A DNA stretch of 18,928 nucleotides. Origin: an uncultured Clostridia bacterium (GTDB lineage: Bacteria; Bacillota; Clostridia; Lachnospirales; Lachnospiraceae). How positions within the stretch are numbered: position 1 is the stretch's first letter; each line of letters opens with the position of its first letter. The stretch is from NCBI GenBank assembly GCA_947347075.1, contig CANADC010000019.1, positions 1 through 18,928 of the forward strand, read 5' to 3'. Below are positions 5,606 to 14,761 of this stretch, in pieces. A model generated the notes under the pieces. The model was not told the DNA's origin and did not search any database. It saw only the letters and a program-made list of their open reading frames with translations. The translations under genes and the position numbers were made by a program.

Positions 5606-7525
5606 GTGGGAGCGAAGGATACTTACAATGCACAGAATATAACCGTGTTGGAAGGGTTAGAAGCGGTAAGAAAACGACCGGGAATGTATATTGGGAGTGT
5701 ATCGGTAAAGGGATTAAATCATCTGATTTATGAGATTGTAGATAATGCAGTGGATGAACATTTGAACGGATATTGTGATTCGATCTGGGTGACATTGGAG
5801 AAAGACGGTTCTGCTACAATTAAGGACAATGGACGTGGGGTTCCTGTAGATATGCATCCGAAAGGGCTTCCAGCGGCACGAATTGTCTATACGACACTTC
5901 ATGCAGGGGGAAAATTTGGAGACGGGGCTTATAAGACCAGCGGAGGACTGCATGGAGTGGGGTCTTCTGTGGTAAATGCTCTGTCGGCTTATCTGGATGT
6001 ACAGGTTTTTAAGGATGGCGGAATTCACCATGACCGCTATGAAAGAGGAGTTCCAGTTGTAGAATTAGTGGACGGGCTGCTGCCGATTATCGGAAAGACC
6101 AGACAGACGGGAACAGTGGTTAATTTTTTGCCGGATGAGGAGATTTTTGATAAGATTTATTTTAAAGCGGATGCAGTGAAAAGCAGGCTGCATGAAACCG
6201 CTTATTTGAATCCAGAATTGACGATTTATTTTGAAAACAGACGTCCTGGAGAGGAAGAAAAGGCGGTGTTTCATGAAAAAGAGGGAATTCGGGGGTTTGT
6301 GCGTGCCTTAAATGATGGGAAAGAGACGATACATGATGTAATTGCTTTTCATGGGGAGTCGGAACAGATTGTGGTGGACGTAGCATTTCAGTATATCAAT
6401 GATTTTCAGGAAAATATTTTGGGGTTCTGCAATAATATTTATACACAAGAAGGGGGAACCCATCTAACCGGGTTTAAGACCAGCTTTACAACGGTAATTA
6501 ATAATTATGCACGGGAACTGGGAATTTTAAAGGAGAGAGATGCAAATTTTACCGGGGCAGATGTTCGGAACGGTATGACAGCAGTGGTCTCTATCAAACA
6601 TCCCGATCCACGGTTTGAAGGGCAGACAAAGACCAAGTTGGATAATCCAGATGCAACAAAGGCAGCTTCGCAGATTACCAGTGAAGAACTGCAGCTATTT
6701 TTTGATAAAAATCTAGAAATTTTAAAAAATGTAATTGGATGTGCCGAGAAATCGGCAAAGATTCGAAAAGCGGAAGAGAAGGCAAAGACCAATATGCTGG
6801 TAAAACCGAAGTTTTCATTTGATTCCAATGGGAAATTGGCAAATTGTGAAAGCCGGGATGCTTCCAAGTGTGAGATTTTTATTGTGGAAGGGGATTCAGC
6901 AGGCGGTTCGGCAAAGATGGCAAGAAACCGGCTTTATCAGGCAATTCTGCCGATTCGGGGAAAGATATTGAATGTAGAAAAGGCAACGATGGATAAAGTA
7001 CTTGCCAATGCTGAGATTCAAACTATGATATTGGCATTTGGCTGTGGGTTTTCTGAGGGATATGGAAATGATTTTGATATTTCGAAACTGCGTTATCATA
7101 AGATTATTATTATGGCAGATGCCGATGTGGATGGGGCACATATCAGTACCCTGCTTTTAACCCTGTTTTATCGGTTTATGCCGGAGTTAATCTATGAGGG
7201 ACATGTCTATCTTGCTATGCCGCCGCTTTATAAAGCAGTACCTCAAAGGGGACCGGAAGAGTATCTCTATGATGATAAGGCATTGGAGAAGTATCGAAAA
7301 AGTCATAAAAATTTTATTTTGCAGCGATATAAAGGGTTAGGAGAGATGGATGCGGCACAGCTTTGGGAGACTACTTTAAATCCAGAGACTCGAATGTTAC
7401 GGCGGGTAGAGATTGAGGACGGAAAGATGGCATCGGATGTAACTTCTATTTTAATGGGAAGTGATGTGCCGCTTCGAAGAGAATTTATCTACAGACATGC
7501 CAAAGAAGCGGAAATCGATGCATAA
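5606..7525 (+). CDS. parE: Type IIA DNA topoisomerase ATPase (B) subunit of the GyrB/ParE family; probably topoisomerase IV ParE, given the partner A subunit
   Basis: It aligns collinearly with Bacillus subtilis GyrB and ParE: VLEGLEAVRKRPGMYIGS, LHAGGKFG, GLHGVG, EGDSAGGSAK, PLRGKILNVEKA, MTDADVDGAHI and QRYKGLGEM. GTG start with RBS AAAGGAAG. 639 aa. Confidence 0.6.
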   Translation: MGAKDTYNAQNITVLEGLEAVRKRPGMYIGSVSVKGLNHLIYEIVDNAVDEHLNGYCDSIWVTLEKDGSATIKDNGRGVPVDMHPKGLPAARIVYTTLHAGGKFGDGAYKTSGGLHGVGSSVVNALSAYLDVQVFKDGGIHHDRYERGVPVVELVDGLLPIIGKTRQTGTVVNFLPDEEIFDKIYFKADAVKSRLHETAYLNPELTIYFENRRPGEEEKAVFHEKEGIRGFVRALNDGKETIHDVIAFHGESEQIVVDVAFQYINDFQENILGFCNNIYTQEGGTHLTGFKTSFTTVINNYARELGILKERDANFTGADVRNGMTAVVSIKHPDPRFEGQTKTKLDNPDATKAASQITSEELQLFFDKNLEILKNVIGCAEKSAKIRKAEEKAKTNMLVKPKFSFDSNGKLANCESRDASKCEIFIVEGDSAGGSAKMARNRLYQAILPIRGKILNVEKATMDKVLANAEIQTMILAFGCGFSEGYGNDFDISKLRYHKIIIMADADVDGAHISTLLLTLFYRFMPELIYEGHVYLAMPPLYKAVPQRGPEEYLYDDKALEKYRKSHKNFILQRYKGLGEMDAAQLWETTLNPETRMLRRVEIEDGKMASDVTSILMGSDVPLRREFIYRHAKEAEIDA

Positions 7526-7590
7526 AAAAGGACGAAATCCGAGGATAAAAGGATTGATAGGATAGAAACAAAATGGAGAGGGAATGTGTG

Positions 7591-9834
7591 ATGGCAGAAC
7601 AAATTATTAGCACAGAGTTTGCAGATGTAATGCAGAAAAGTTTTGTAGATTATGCAATGAGTGTAATTACAGCTCGTGCCGTGCCGGATGTGCGGGACGG
7701 GTTAAAGCCGGTGCAGCGCCGGGTTTTATATGCAATGCATGAGTTGGGATTAAACTTTGATAAGCCGCATCGAAAATCGGCAAGAATTGTTGGTGATACC
7801 ATGGGAAAATATCATCCCCATGGGGACAGCTCGATTTATGAGGCACTGGTTGTAATGGAGCAGGACTTTAAAAAGGGAATGGCTTTGGTGGACGGGCATG
7901 GAAATTTTGGATCGATTGAGGGAGATTCTGCAGCCGCTATGCGTTATACCGAGGCACGATTAAAAAAATTTACGCAGGAGGTCTATCTTAAGGATTTAGA
8001 TAAAAATGTAATTGATTTTCTGCCCAATTTCGATGAAACGGAAAAGGAACCAGAAGTGCTTCCAGTTCGGGTCCCCAATATCTTGGTAAACGGAGCGGAC
8101 GGAATTGCAGTTGGAATGGTGACTTCGATTCCGCCTCACAATTTAGGAGAAGTGATTTCTGCAGTAGAGGCATTTATAGAAAATGACGAAATTAGTACAG
8201 AAGAATTGATGGAGTATATAAAAGGACCGGATTTTCCGACCGGAGGGATTGTAATTAATCAAAAGGAGTTAGCAGAAATCTATGAGACTGGCAGCGGAAA
8301 GATTAAAGTTCGCGGGAAATTGGAGTTTGAGCCGGCAAAAAAGAAAAATGAACGGGATAAATTAGTAATTACAGAGATTCCTTATACTTTAATTGGAAGT
8401 AATTTAGGAAAACTTCTTGCCGATATTGCGGGATTGGTAGAAGCGAAAAAAACAACAGATATTGTGGATATTTTAAATCAGAGTTCCAAAGAGGGAATTC
8501 GGATTGTATTGGAATTAAAAAAGAATACCGATATAGAAAAACTTTCGAACCTGCTCTATAAAAAGACAAAATTAGAGGATACGTTTGGAGTAAATATGCT
8601 GACAATTGTAAATGGAAAGCCGGAAAAATTGGGGCTGCGTGAAATTCTTCGTCATCATTTGGATTTTCAGATTGAATTGGCTTCCAGAAAATATCAGTAT
8701 TTATTAAAAAAAGAGCTGGAAAAAAAGGAGATAAAAGAAGGGCTGATACGTGCCTATGATATTTTAGATTTGCTGATTGAGATTATACGGGGAAGCCGTT
8801 CGGTAAAAGAGGTTAAGAAATGCTTGGTGTATGGAGATACCAGTAAAATTCAGTTTAAAAAACAGGCTTCTGAAAAGGCGGCTGCAAAGTTAAATTTTAC
8901 GGAAGCACAGGCTTCTGCTATTTTAGAACTCCGGCTGCAAAAACTGGTGGGATTGGAGATTCAGGCACTGGAGAAAGAGTATAAAGAGATTGTAAAAAAT
9001 ATTGCACAGTATACGGATATTTTGGAGAATCATACTTCTATGCTGAGAGTAATTCGAAAAGATTTGGAAGTGATTCGAAAAGAGTTTTCATTGGAACGAA
9101 AGACAGCCATTTTAAATGCACAGGCAGCGGTTTACGAGGAAGCACCGATTGCCGAACAGGAGATTGTCTTTACGATGGATCGGTTTGGTTATGCGAAAAC
9201 CATGGATCTTTCGACTTATGAGAGAAATGCAGAGACGGTGGAACATGAGAATAAGTATGTCTTTCGCTGTATGAATACCGATAAGATTTGTATTTTTACC
9301 GATACGGGCAGTATGCATCAGATTAAGATGTTAGATATTCCTTTTGGAAAATTAAGAGATAAGGGACAGCCGATTGATAATTTGGGAAATTATTCTAGTG
9401 CAGGAGAGGCGATTGTTGGAATTTTTACATTTTCTTCTATTCGAGAGAGGAAACTTTTTTTTGCTACGAAAAGCGGAATGGTAAAATTGGTAAACGCTTC
9501 TGAATTTGATGTAAATCGAAAGACTATTTTGGCAACGAAATTAGAAGAGCAGGACAGTGTAGTTTGTGTTTGCCCGGTTTTAGAGGAGGATAGAGAAGTG
9601 CTGCTTTATTCTCATGGAGGGTATTTTTTACGGTTTGCTTTGGAAGAGGTGCCGGAAAAGAGAAAAAGTGCATTGGGAGTACATGGGATGAAGATGGCAG
9701 AAAAGGATTATTTGGAGTGGGTGTCGCTGTTAAAAGGCGGACAGGAGTTTTTTGATTTTCGAAGTAAGGGGATAGCAGTGGCAAGAGTAAAAGAGGCAAA
9801 GCGGGATGAAAAAGGAACGAAGCTGCGGATATAG
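7591..9834 (+). CDS. parC: Type IIA DNA topoisomerase A subunit of the GyrA/ParC family; no GyrA box, so probably topoisomerase IV ParC
   Basis: The N-terminal breakage-reunion domain aligns with GyrA and ParC: AMSVITARAVPDVRDGLKPVQRRVLYAM, GKYHPHGD, DGHGNFGS, AAAMRYTEARL. The QRRGGKG GyrA box is absent where it would sit, and the sequence there reads TYERNAETVEHENKYV. The product is ~747 aa with a short C-terminal domain. The start is placed at ATG 7591 (MAEQIIS), with RBS GGAGAGGG. The supplied ORF starts at 7573. Confidence 0.6.
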   Translation: MAEQIISTEFADVMQKSFVDYAMSVITARAVPDVRDGLKPVQRRVLYAMHELGLNFDKPHRKSARIVGDTMGKYHPHGDSSIYEALVVMEQDFKKGMALVDGHGNFGSIEGDSAAAMRYTEARLKKFTQEVYLKDLDKNVIDFLPNFDETEKEPEVLPVRVPNILVNGADGIAVGMVTSIPPHNLGEVISAVEAFIENDEISTEELMEYIKGPDFPTGGIVINQKELAEIYETGSGKIKVRGKLEFEPAKKKNERDKLVITEIPYTLIGSNLGKLLADIAGLVEAKKTTDIVDILNQSSKEGIRIVLELKKNTDIEKLSNLLYKKTKLEDTFGVNMLTIVNGKPEKLGLREILRHHLDFQIELASRKYQYLLKKELEKKEIKEGLIRAYDILDLLIEIIRGSRSVKEVKKCLVYGDTSKIQFKKQASEKAAAKLNFTEAQASAILELRLQKLVGLEIQALEKEYKEIVKNIAQYTDILENHTSMLRVIRKDLEVIRKEFSLERKTAILNAQAAVYEEAPIAEQEIVFTMDRFGYAKTMDLSTYERNAETVEHENKYVFRCMNTDKICIFTDTGSMHQIKMLDIPFGKLRDKGQPIDNLGNYSSAGEAIVGIFTFSSIRERKLFFATKSGMVKLVNASEFDVNRKTILATKLEEQDSVVCVCPVLEEDREVLLYSHGGYFLRFALEEVPEKRKSALGVHGMKMAEKDYLEWVSLLKGGQEFFDFRSKGIAVARVKEAKRDEKGTKLRI

Positions 9835-9910
9835 CGGAATGGGTTATGATAGTATTGTACTGTAGTGAAAAAGGAATAAAGAGGCAAATAGAGAGAAGAG
9901 GGTTAAGAAG

Positions 9911-10843
9911 ATGAAAAGGATATGGTTAGGAATTTTCTGCGGGCTTTTGATTTTGGGGCTGGCTGGATGCGGAAAGGAGTTAGAGAAAGCAAATAAAGGA
10001 GGGGTGGATTCGACAGAGAGAATAGAAGAGGGGTATCCTGTTACGGTACAGGGAGCAGGGGGAGAAGAGCTTGTTTTGGAGGCGGAACCTTTGCGGGTGG
10101 TTTCGGTAGGACCTAATATAACGGAATTGCTTTATTCGCTTGGAGTGCAGGAGAAGTTGGTGGGGCGGACGGATTATTGTGATTATCCGAAAGAGGTTCT
10201 TTCCGTGGATACAATTGGTACGCTTTATACACCAGATGTAGAGAAGATCATTAGTTTGGAGCCGGATTTGGTGATTGCTTCAACTCATTTTTTGGATGAG
10301 ACAAAGGAGAAGTTGGAAGCGGTCGGGATTTCGGTGCTGGTTTTGCATGAGGAGAATGAGTTAGAAGGGGTCTATCGTTTGATTGATACGCTGGGGGCGG
10401 TTTTTAATCAAAAGGGACGTGCTTTGGAAATTGTGGAGGATATGCAGAAGCGGATTGCTGCTGTGGAAGAAAAGGTAGCAGAAGTGGAGCCGGTTTCGGT
10501 TTATTATGTGGTTGGATATGGAGATGGCGGGGATTATACGGCGGGGGGAGATACGTTTATTCATGAAATTTTGACTGCAGCGGGTGGACGGAATGTGGCG
10601 GAAGAAGTGAGTGGGTGGAGTTATTCTTTGGAAAAGCTGCTGGAGGCGGATCCAGATGTGATTCTTGTTTCGGAGGCGGATTATGAGGGATTTGTTGAGA
10701 CGGAGCCTTATGCAGGGCTTCGGGCGGTGAAGGAAGGGAGGGTTTATACGATAGATGAAAATTTGTTGAATCGGCAGTGTGATCGAAATGCGGATGCGGT
10801 TGAGCAGATTGCTCGGATGCTTTATCCGGGGGTGTTTTCATGA
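9911..10843 (+). CDS. ABC-transporter substrate-binding lipoprotein of the BtuF/FecB class (cobalamin or iron-siderophore type)
   Basis: The lipoprotein signal peptide has an LAGC lipobox. LRVVSVGPNITELLYSLGV, VGRTDYCDYP and LEPDLVIAS match the Peripla_BP_2 fold. No permease or ATPase gene is adjacent in this window. Confidence 0.75.
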   Translation: MKRIWLGIFCGLLILGLAGCGKELEKANKGGVDSTERIEEGYPVTVQGAGGEELVLEAEPLRVVSVGPNITELLYSLGVQEKLVGRTDYCDYPKEVLSVDTIGTLYTPDVEKIISLEPDLVIASTHFLDETKEKLEAVGISVLVLHEENELEGVYRLIDTLGAVFNQKGRALEIVEDMQKRIAAVEEKVAEVEPVSVYYVVGYGDGGDYTAGGDTFIHEILTAAGGRNVAEEVSGWSYSLEKLLEADPDVILVSEADYEGFVETEPYAGLRAVKEGRVYTIDENLLNRQCDRNADAVEQIARMLYPGVFS

Positions 10844-10880
10844 TTTGCTTGGAGTAAAAAATAGAAGGGGACGCTGGAGT

Positions 10881-11127
10881 GGGGGAGTGATTCCGTTCTG
10901 TTGTTCCGCTCTCTGGAAAGGTAGAAGCTCTAAGACTTCTGAATTTCGGTGTATCCAGCCGGACGGATCGGGGTGCAATTCGCCCGTACAGCGGGCTAAA
11001 CACACCCCTTTTTTTGCCATTCGGGAATGGCAAAAAATCCTAGTGGATCGACAGAAGTCTAAGGGCTTCTAACTTTCCTCCGAAGTCACAGCAGAACGGA
11101 ATCGCTCCCCCGCTCCGGCTGTTTTTT
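10881..11127. repeat. Long imperfect inverted-repeat element (~231 bp plus T7) between the binding-protein gene and the next promoter; MITE-like or a large structured RNA
   Basis: GGGGGAGTGATTCCGTTCTGTTGT (10881-10904) pairs with ACAGCAGAACGGAATCGCTCCCCC (11088-11111). GGAAAGGTAGAAGCTCTAAGACTTCTG (10915-10941) pairs with CAGAAGTCTAAGGGCTTCTAACTTTCC (11052-11078). Together these give about 50 bp of two-segment complementarity enclosing ~110 nt that contain two terminator hairpins. A T7 run follows at 11121-11127. Confidence 0.55.
10970..11038. terminator. Bidirectional terminator pair
   Basis: GGGGTG...CACCCC (10970-11008) followed by T7 (11009-11015) terminates + strand transcription. GCCATTC-GGG-GAATGGC (11016-11032) is flanked by a T-run upstream and an A-run downstream, so it can also terminate - strand transcription. 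Confidence 0.6.
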
Positions 11128-11170
11128 TCTGTCGGTAGGTTGGATTTGCGGAATGGTTTGCAGTTTAATC

Positions 11171-11199
11171 TTGACAATTCTTCCATAATCATCTAGAAT
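11171..11199 (+). promoter_or_regulatory. Sigma-A promoter of the PLP-enzyme gene
   Basis: TTGACA (11171-11176), a 17-nt spacer, then TAGAAT (11194-11199). Confidence 0.5.
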
Positions 11200-11280
11200 A
11201 TAAAGAAGTTTTTTAAGAAAATGAAGGTTTTTAGATTTGGACTTGCAAAAAAGGGAGTATTGTATAAGGAGAGGAATGGA

Positions 11281-12570
11281 ATGAAAAAGGCGTATCAGGA
11301 TAGAGCGAGAGAAGAGCTGTTGGAACTGCAGGCTGAGTTGGAGCAGCAGTATAAAGAGGTAAAGAAGATGGGATTTCAGCTGGATATGTCTAGGGGGAAG
11401 CCTGGAATATCACAGCTTAATAGTATTATGGGGATGATGGATGTTTTGGACAGTCAGTCGGATTATCAGACGGAGGAAGGGTTTGACAGCAGAAATTATG
11501 GTGCGATGGACGGAATTTTAGAGGCGAAAAGGCTGATGGCGGATATTATGGGGACAACGCCGGAAAAGGTCGTGGTTTATGGAAATTCTAGTTTAAGTAT
11601 TATGTATGATTCGATTTCCCGCTGTTATACGCATGGGGTGACAAAGGACAGTGTTCCTTGGTGTAAGTTAGAGCGGATAAAGTGGCTTTGTCCGGCTCCG
11701 GGGTATGACAGGCATTTTGCGATAACAGAGCGGTTTGGAATAGAAATGATTGTGATTCCTATGAGGGAAGACGGACCGGATATGGATCAGATTGAACGGC
11801 TGGTGGCGGAGGATGAAAGTATAAAGGGCATTTGGTGTGTTCCGAAATATTCGAATCCGCAGGGAATTAGTTATTCGGATTCTGTGGTAAGAAGAATAGC
11901 AGCTTTAAAGCCAAAGGCAGCGGATTTTAGAATTTATTGGGATAATGCTTATGCGGTGCATGATCTGGATCCGAAACATCCGGTTAAAATTTTGGATATT
12001 CTTTCGGCATGTGAAGAGGCGGGAAATCCAGATTTGGTCTATGAGTTTGCTTCTACTTCTAAGATTAGTTTTTCGGGTGCGGGGATTGCAGCGATGGCGG
12101 CTTCGGAGAAGAATTTAAAGGAAATTCGGGAACAGTTGGGGATTATGACGATTGGATATGATAAGATAAATCAGCTGCGGCATGTGCGGTATTTTAAGAA
12201 TTTAGAGGGAGTCTGCAGACAGATGGAGGTACATGCAGAACTGATTCGCCCGAAATTTAATGCGGTGCTTGAAATTTTGGAAGAGGAATTGGGCGGACTG
12301 GAGATTGGAACGTGGACAAAGCCGCTGGGCGGATATTTTATTAGTTTTGAGGCAATGGAGGGGTGTGCACAGAAAATTGTGGCAAAGTGCAGAGAGGCTG
12401 GCGTGATCATGACAAAAGCCGGGGCAACCTATCCTTATGGAAATGATCCAAGGGATACCAATATTCGGATTGCTCCTACGTTTCCAACGCTGGAGGAGAT
12501 AACGGAGACAGCAAAATTATTTGCTTTATGTGTGAAATTGGTAAGTGTTGAAAAATTGTTGGAAAAGTAA
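11281..12570 (+). CDS. Fold-type-I PLP-dependent aminotransferase-like enzyme (class I/II fold)
   Basis: WDNAYAVHD matches the D-x-A-Y pyridine-N-binding motif. FASTSKISFSGAG carries the S-x-S-K Schiff-base lysine. 429 aa. RBS AAGGAGAGG precedes ATG 11281. The supplied ORF begins earlier, at 11221. Confidence 0.65.
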   Translation: MKKAYQDRAREELLELQAELEQQYKEVKKMGFQLDMSRGKPGISQLNSIMGMMDVLDSQSDYQTEEGFDSRNYGAMDGILEAKRLMADIMGTTPEKVVVYGNSSLSIMYDSISRCYTHGVTKDSVPWCKLERIKWLCPAPGYDRHFAITERFGIEMIVIPMREDGPDMDQIERLVAEDESIKGIWCVPKYSNPQGISYSDSVVRRIAALKPKAADFRIYWDNAYAVHDLDPKHPVKILDILSACEEAGNPDLVYEFASTSKISFSGAGIAAMAASEKNLKEIREQLGIMTIGYDKINQLRHVRYFKNLEGVCRQMEVHAELIRPKFNAVLEILEEELGGLEIGTWTKPLGGYFISFEAMEGCAQKIVAKCREAGVIMTKAGATYPYGNDPRDTNIRIAPTFPTLEEITETAKLFALCVKLVSVEKLLEK

Positions 12571-12583
12571 AGAGTTTTTTTAG

Positions 12584-12613
12584 ACCGTTTGTTTGATAAA
12601 AGCAGACGGTTTT
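12584..12613 (+). terminator. Weak terminator hairpin after the PLP-enzyme gene, overlapping the proC promoter
   Basis: ACCGTTTG (12584-12591) pairs with CAGACGGT (12603-12610), including one G-U pair, followed by TTTT. Confidence 0.35.
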
Positions 12614-12621
12614 GTTATAAT
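12593..12621 (+). promoter_or_regulatory. Sigma-A promoter of proC
   Basis: TTGATA (12593-12598), a 17-nt spacer, then TATAAT (12616-12621). Confidence 0.5.
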
Positions 12622-12668
12622 GGTTATAATTGGTGTAAAGGATCAAAAAGAAAGGAATCGGTGGACGG

Positions 12669-13479
12669 GATGAAGAAAATTGCATTGATTGGTATGGGAA
12701 ATATGGCTTCTGCTATGCTGAAGGGGATAGAGACTATGTTTAGTAAGGAGGAGATTATTTTTTCTAGAAAGGATGCAAAGAAGAGGGAACAGTTTTCGAA
12801 AGAGAATCATATAGAGGGAGCGGAGGATAATGTTTCTTGTGCAAAGGCGGCAAAGTATCTTATTTTGGCAGTAAAGCCGCAGTTTTTTCCAACTGTGTTA
12901 GAGGAGATAAAACCTGTAGTAAGGGAGGAACAGGTGGTGATATCGGTGGCTGCAGGAGTGGATCGGGAGATGATAAAAAGCGGACTTGGCGGGAAAGGGC
13001 GTGTGGTGCGTGCCATGCCGAATACACCGGCACTTTTGGGAGAGGGGATGACGGGGATTTGTTATCAGGAAGAGGAGTTTTCTTCGGAGGAGATACAGAC
13101 GATAGAGGCAATTTTTTCTTCTTTTGGGCGGGTAAAGAAGGTGGAAGAACATCTGATGAATACCGTGATTTGTGTGAGCGGGAGTGCTCCTGCTTATGTT
13201 TATTTGTTTATTGAAGCGTTGGCGGACAGTGGTGTGAAATATGGGCTTTCACGGGAAATGGCATATGAGATGGCGGCACAGACGGTATTGGGAGCGGCAA
13301 AAATGGTGCTGGAAACAAAGGAACATCCGGGGGTGTTAAAGGATCGGGTGTGCTCTCCGGGAGGAACGACCATTGCCGGAGTTGCCGCCTGTGAGGAGTA
13401 TGGACTTCGCAATGCGGTGTTGAAAGCGACAGATGCTTGTTATCAAAAGGCGGAACAGTTAGGAGGCAAAAAAAAATGA
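12669..13479 (+). CDS. proC: Pyrroline-5-carboxylate reductase
   Basis: IALIGMGNMASAM is the N-terminal NAD(P)-binding Gly motif. LAVKPQ, VVRAMPNTPALLGEG and CSPGGTTIAGV are ProC signatures. The start is taken at MKKIAL (ATG 12669). The supplied ORF starts at 12589. Confidence 0.85.
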
Positions 13480-14003
13480 AGCAGAAACGACTGAATCGGG
13501 AATTAATTTATCAGGGGAAAATTATTGGGGTGTATCAGGATACGATTGAATTGCCGGACGGAAATATAGTAAAGTATGATTTTATTAAGCACAATGGTGC
13601 AGCGGCTGTAGTTCCGGTGACACGGGAGGGAAAGATTTTAATGGTGCGGCAGGATCGCAATGCCGTTAATCGGGAGACTTTGGAGATTCCGGCAGGAAAG
13701 CGGGACGGGGAAGAAGATCCGATGGTGTGTGTGCGGCGGGAATTGGAGGAGGAGACAGGATATCAGTGCCAGAGACTGGAGCATTTGATTACATTGGACA
13801 GTTGGGTGGCGTTTTGTGACGAGCGGATTGATGTCTATGTAGCAATGGATTTGGTTCCCTCTAGACAGCATTTGGACGAAGATGAATTTATTGATGTGGA
13901 GGAGTGGGAGATCGAACAATTGGAAGAGATGATCTTTTCTGGAAAAATACGAGATGCGAAAACAATTGCCGGACTTATGTCTTATAAAGCGAAATATTTG
14001 TAA
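13476..14003 (+). CDS. nudF: Nudix hydrolase (ADP-ribose pyrophosphatase-like)
   Basis: The Nudix box GKRDGEEDPMVCVRRELEEETGY fits Gx5Ex7REUxEExGU. RBS AGGAGG precedes ATG 13476, which overlaps the proC stop (ATGA). A Nudix hydrolase, then spoIIM, then xerD is the gene order seen in Bacillus. Confidence 0.75.
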   Translation: MKQKRLNRELIYQGKIIGVYQDTIELPDGNIVKYDFIKHNGAAAVVPVTREGKILMVRQDRNAVNRETLEIPAGKRDGEEDPMVCVRRELEEETGYQCQRLEHLITLDSWVAFCDERIDVYVAMDLVPSRQHLDEDEFIDVEEWEIEQLEEMIFSGKIRDAKTIAGLMSYKAKYL

Positions 14004-14121
14004 AAAGATGGTATTGGAGCGGGCAGGGGTTGGTGATAGAAGAAAAAAAGATAGAAACGATAGGAATAGATGCGTACAAGCTGACATATAACCTTATAAA
14101 AGCAAAAAGAAGGTTTTAAGA

Positions 14122-14697
14122 ATGGAAGCAGTGGAAAAGAGAAGATCCATTACGGATTCGGTTGTGCAGGGAAGTGAGGGAGTTTGTGCAGTTTTATTTT
14201 TGGCAGGTATTTTAGCAGGAACATTGATTTTTAATTTTTATGGGGGACGCTATGCGGAACAGTTTTTAATTGCAATGAATTTGTCACAGATGGGATATCA
14301 GCAGGTGGAAATTTTTTATCCGCGGTTGATTTGGTATATTTTAGAGCGAAGAGGCAAGCGGTTTGCTGTCCTGTGGTTTGGAGAGATGACTCGCTTTCAG
14401 AAACAGATACGCTGCCTGTTTGCACTCTATTATGGACTTTCTGCTGGAATTTTGCAGTCGGCTTTTTGTCATCAAAAGGGAATCTTTGGAATTTTAGAAT
14501 TTTTGATTTTATTATTTCCGCATTACTTTTTTTATGGACTGGATTGGAAAGGGATACAGGGTTTTAGAAGGAAGGAAAGAAAGGGGAGGCTGGCGGTTCG
14601 GATTCTTTTTATTTTTTTGATTGGGGTTTTGGCAGAGGCATATTTTAATACAGCAATATTACAAAAGTATTATGAATTTGTTACTTTTGTCCGATAA
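14122..14697 (+). CDS. spoIIM: Stage II sporulation protein M (polytopic membrane protein)
   Basis: Multiple hydrophobic segments. FLAGILAGTLIFN compares with Bacillus subtilis FLMGVVFGAVIVN. The C-terminal LAEAYFNTAILQKYYEF compares with LFEAYISPHLMEFL. It is adjacent to xerD, as in other Firmicutes. Confidence 0.6.
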   Translation: MEAVEKRRSITDSVVQGSEGVCAVLFLAGILAGTLIFNFYGGRYAEQFLIAMNLSQMGYQQVEIFYPRLIWYILERRGKRFAVLWFGEMTRFQKQIRCLFALYYGLSAGILQSAFCHQKGIFGILEFLILLFPHYFFYGLDWKGIQGFRRKERKGRLAVRILFIFLIGVLAEAYFNTAILQKYYEFVTFVR

Positions 14698-14761
14698 TGA
14701 ATATAAGAAAAACGCTTGTAAGAAAATACCGCAAAAGGAAGGATAGGGCAGAGCAGGATAT

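Noticed and set aside
5714-9799. Numerous minus-strand ORFs of 60-120 aa inside the topoisomerase genes (for example 5714-6031, 6505-6867, 6896-7141, 7988-8173, 8369-8605, 9112-9318 and 9524-9799)
   Set aside because: They lie antisense within strongly conserved CDSs, lack RBSs, and have low-complexity or atypical composition. They are shadow ORFs.
9835-9910. Possible cobalamin riboswitch upstream of the BtuF-like gene, or on either strand in 10843-11170
   Set aside because: The 5' region is only ~75 nt and lacks a B12 box (GCCACTG-like) and the conserved core. The structured region downstream is better explained as terminators plus inverted repeat, and it is not upstream of a transporter on either strand.
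10557-11072. 158-aa minus-strand ORF and the 97-aa and 60-aa ORFs spanning the binding-protein 3' end and the inverted-repeat element
   Set aside because: The products are Pro/Ser-rich and low-complexity. The ORFs run through two terminator hairpins and the long inverted repeat. They have no RBS.
12571-12668. Possible T-box leader upstream of proC
   Set aside because: There is no T-box consensus (AGGGTGGNACCGCG) and no specifier or antiterminator architecture. The interval holds just a short hairpin overlapping a promoter.
12807-13412. Alternative-frame and antisense ORFs overlapping proC (12837-13214 on +, and 12807-13016, 12860-13111, 12898-13152 and 13200-13412 on -)
   Set aside because: They sit entirely inside the well-supported proC frame. 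Their Gly/Arg-rich or Pro-rich translations are typical of off-frame reading of GC-richer coding DNA.
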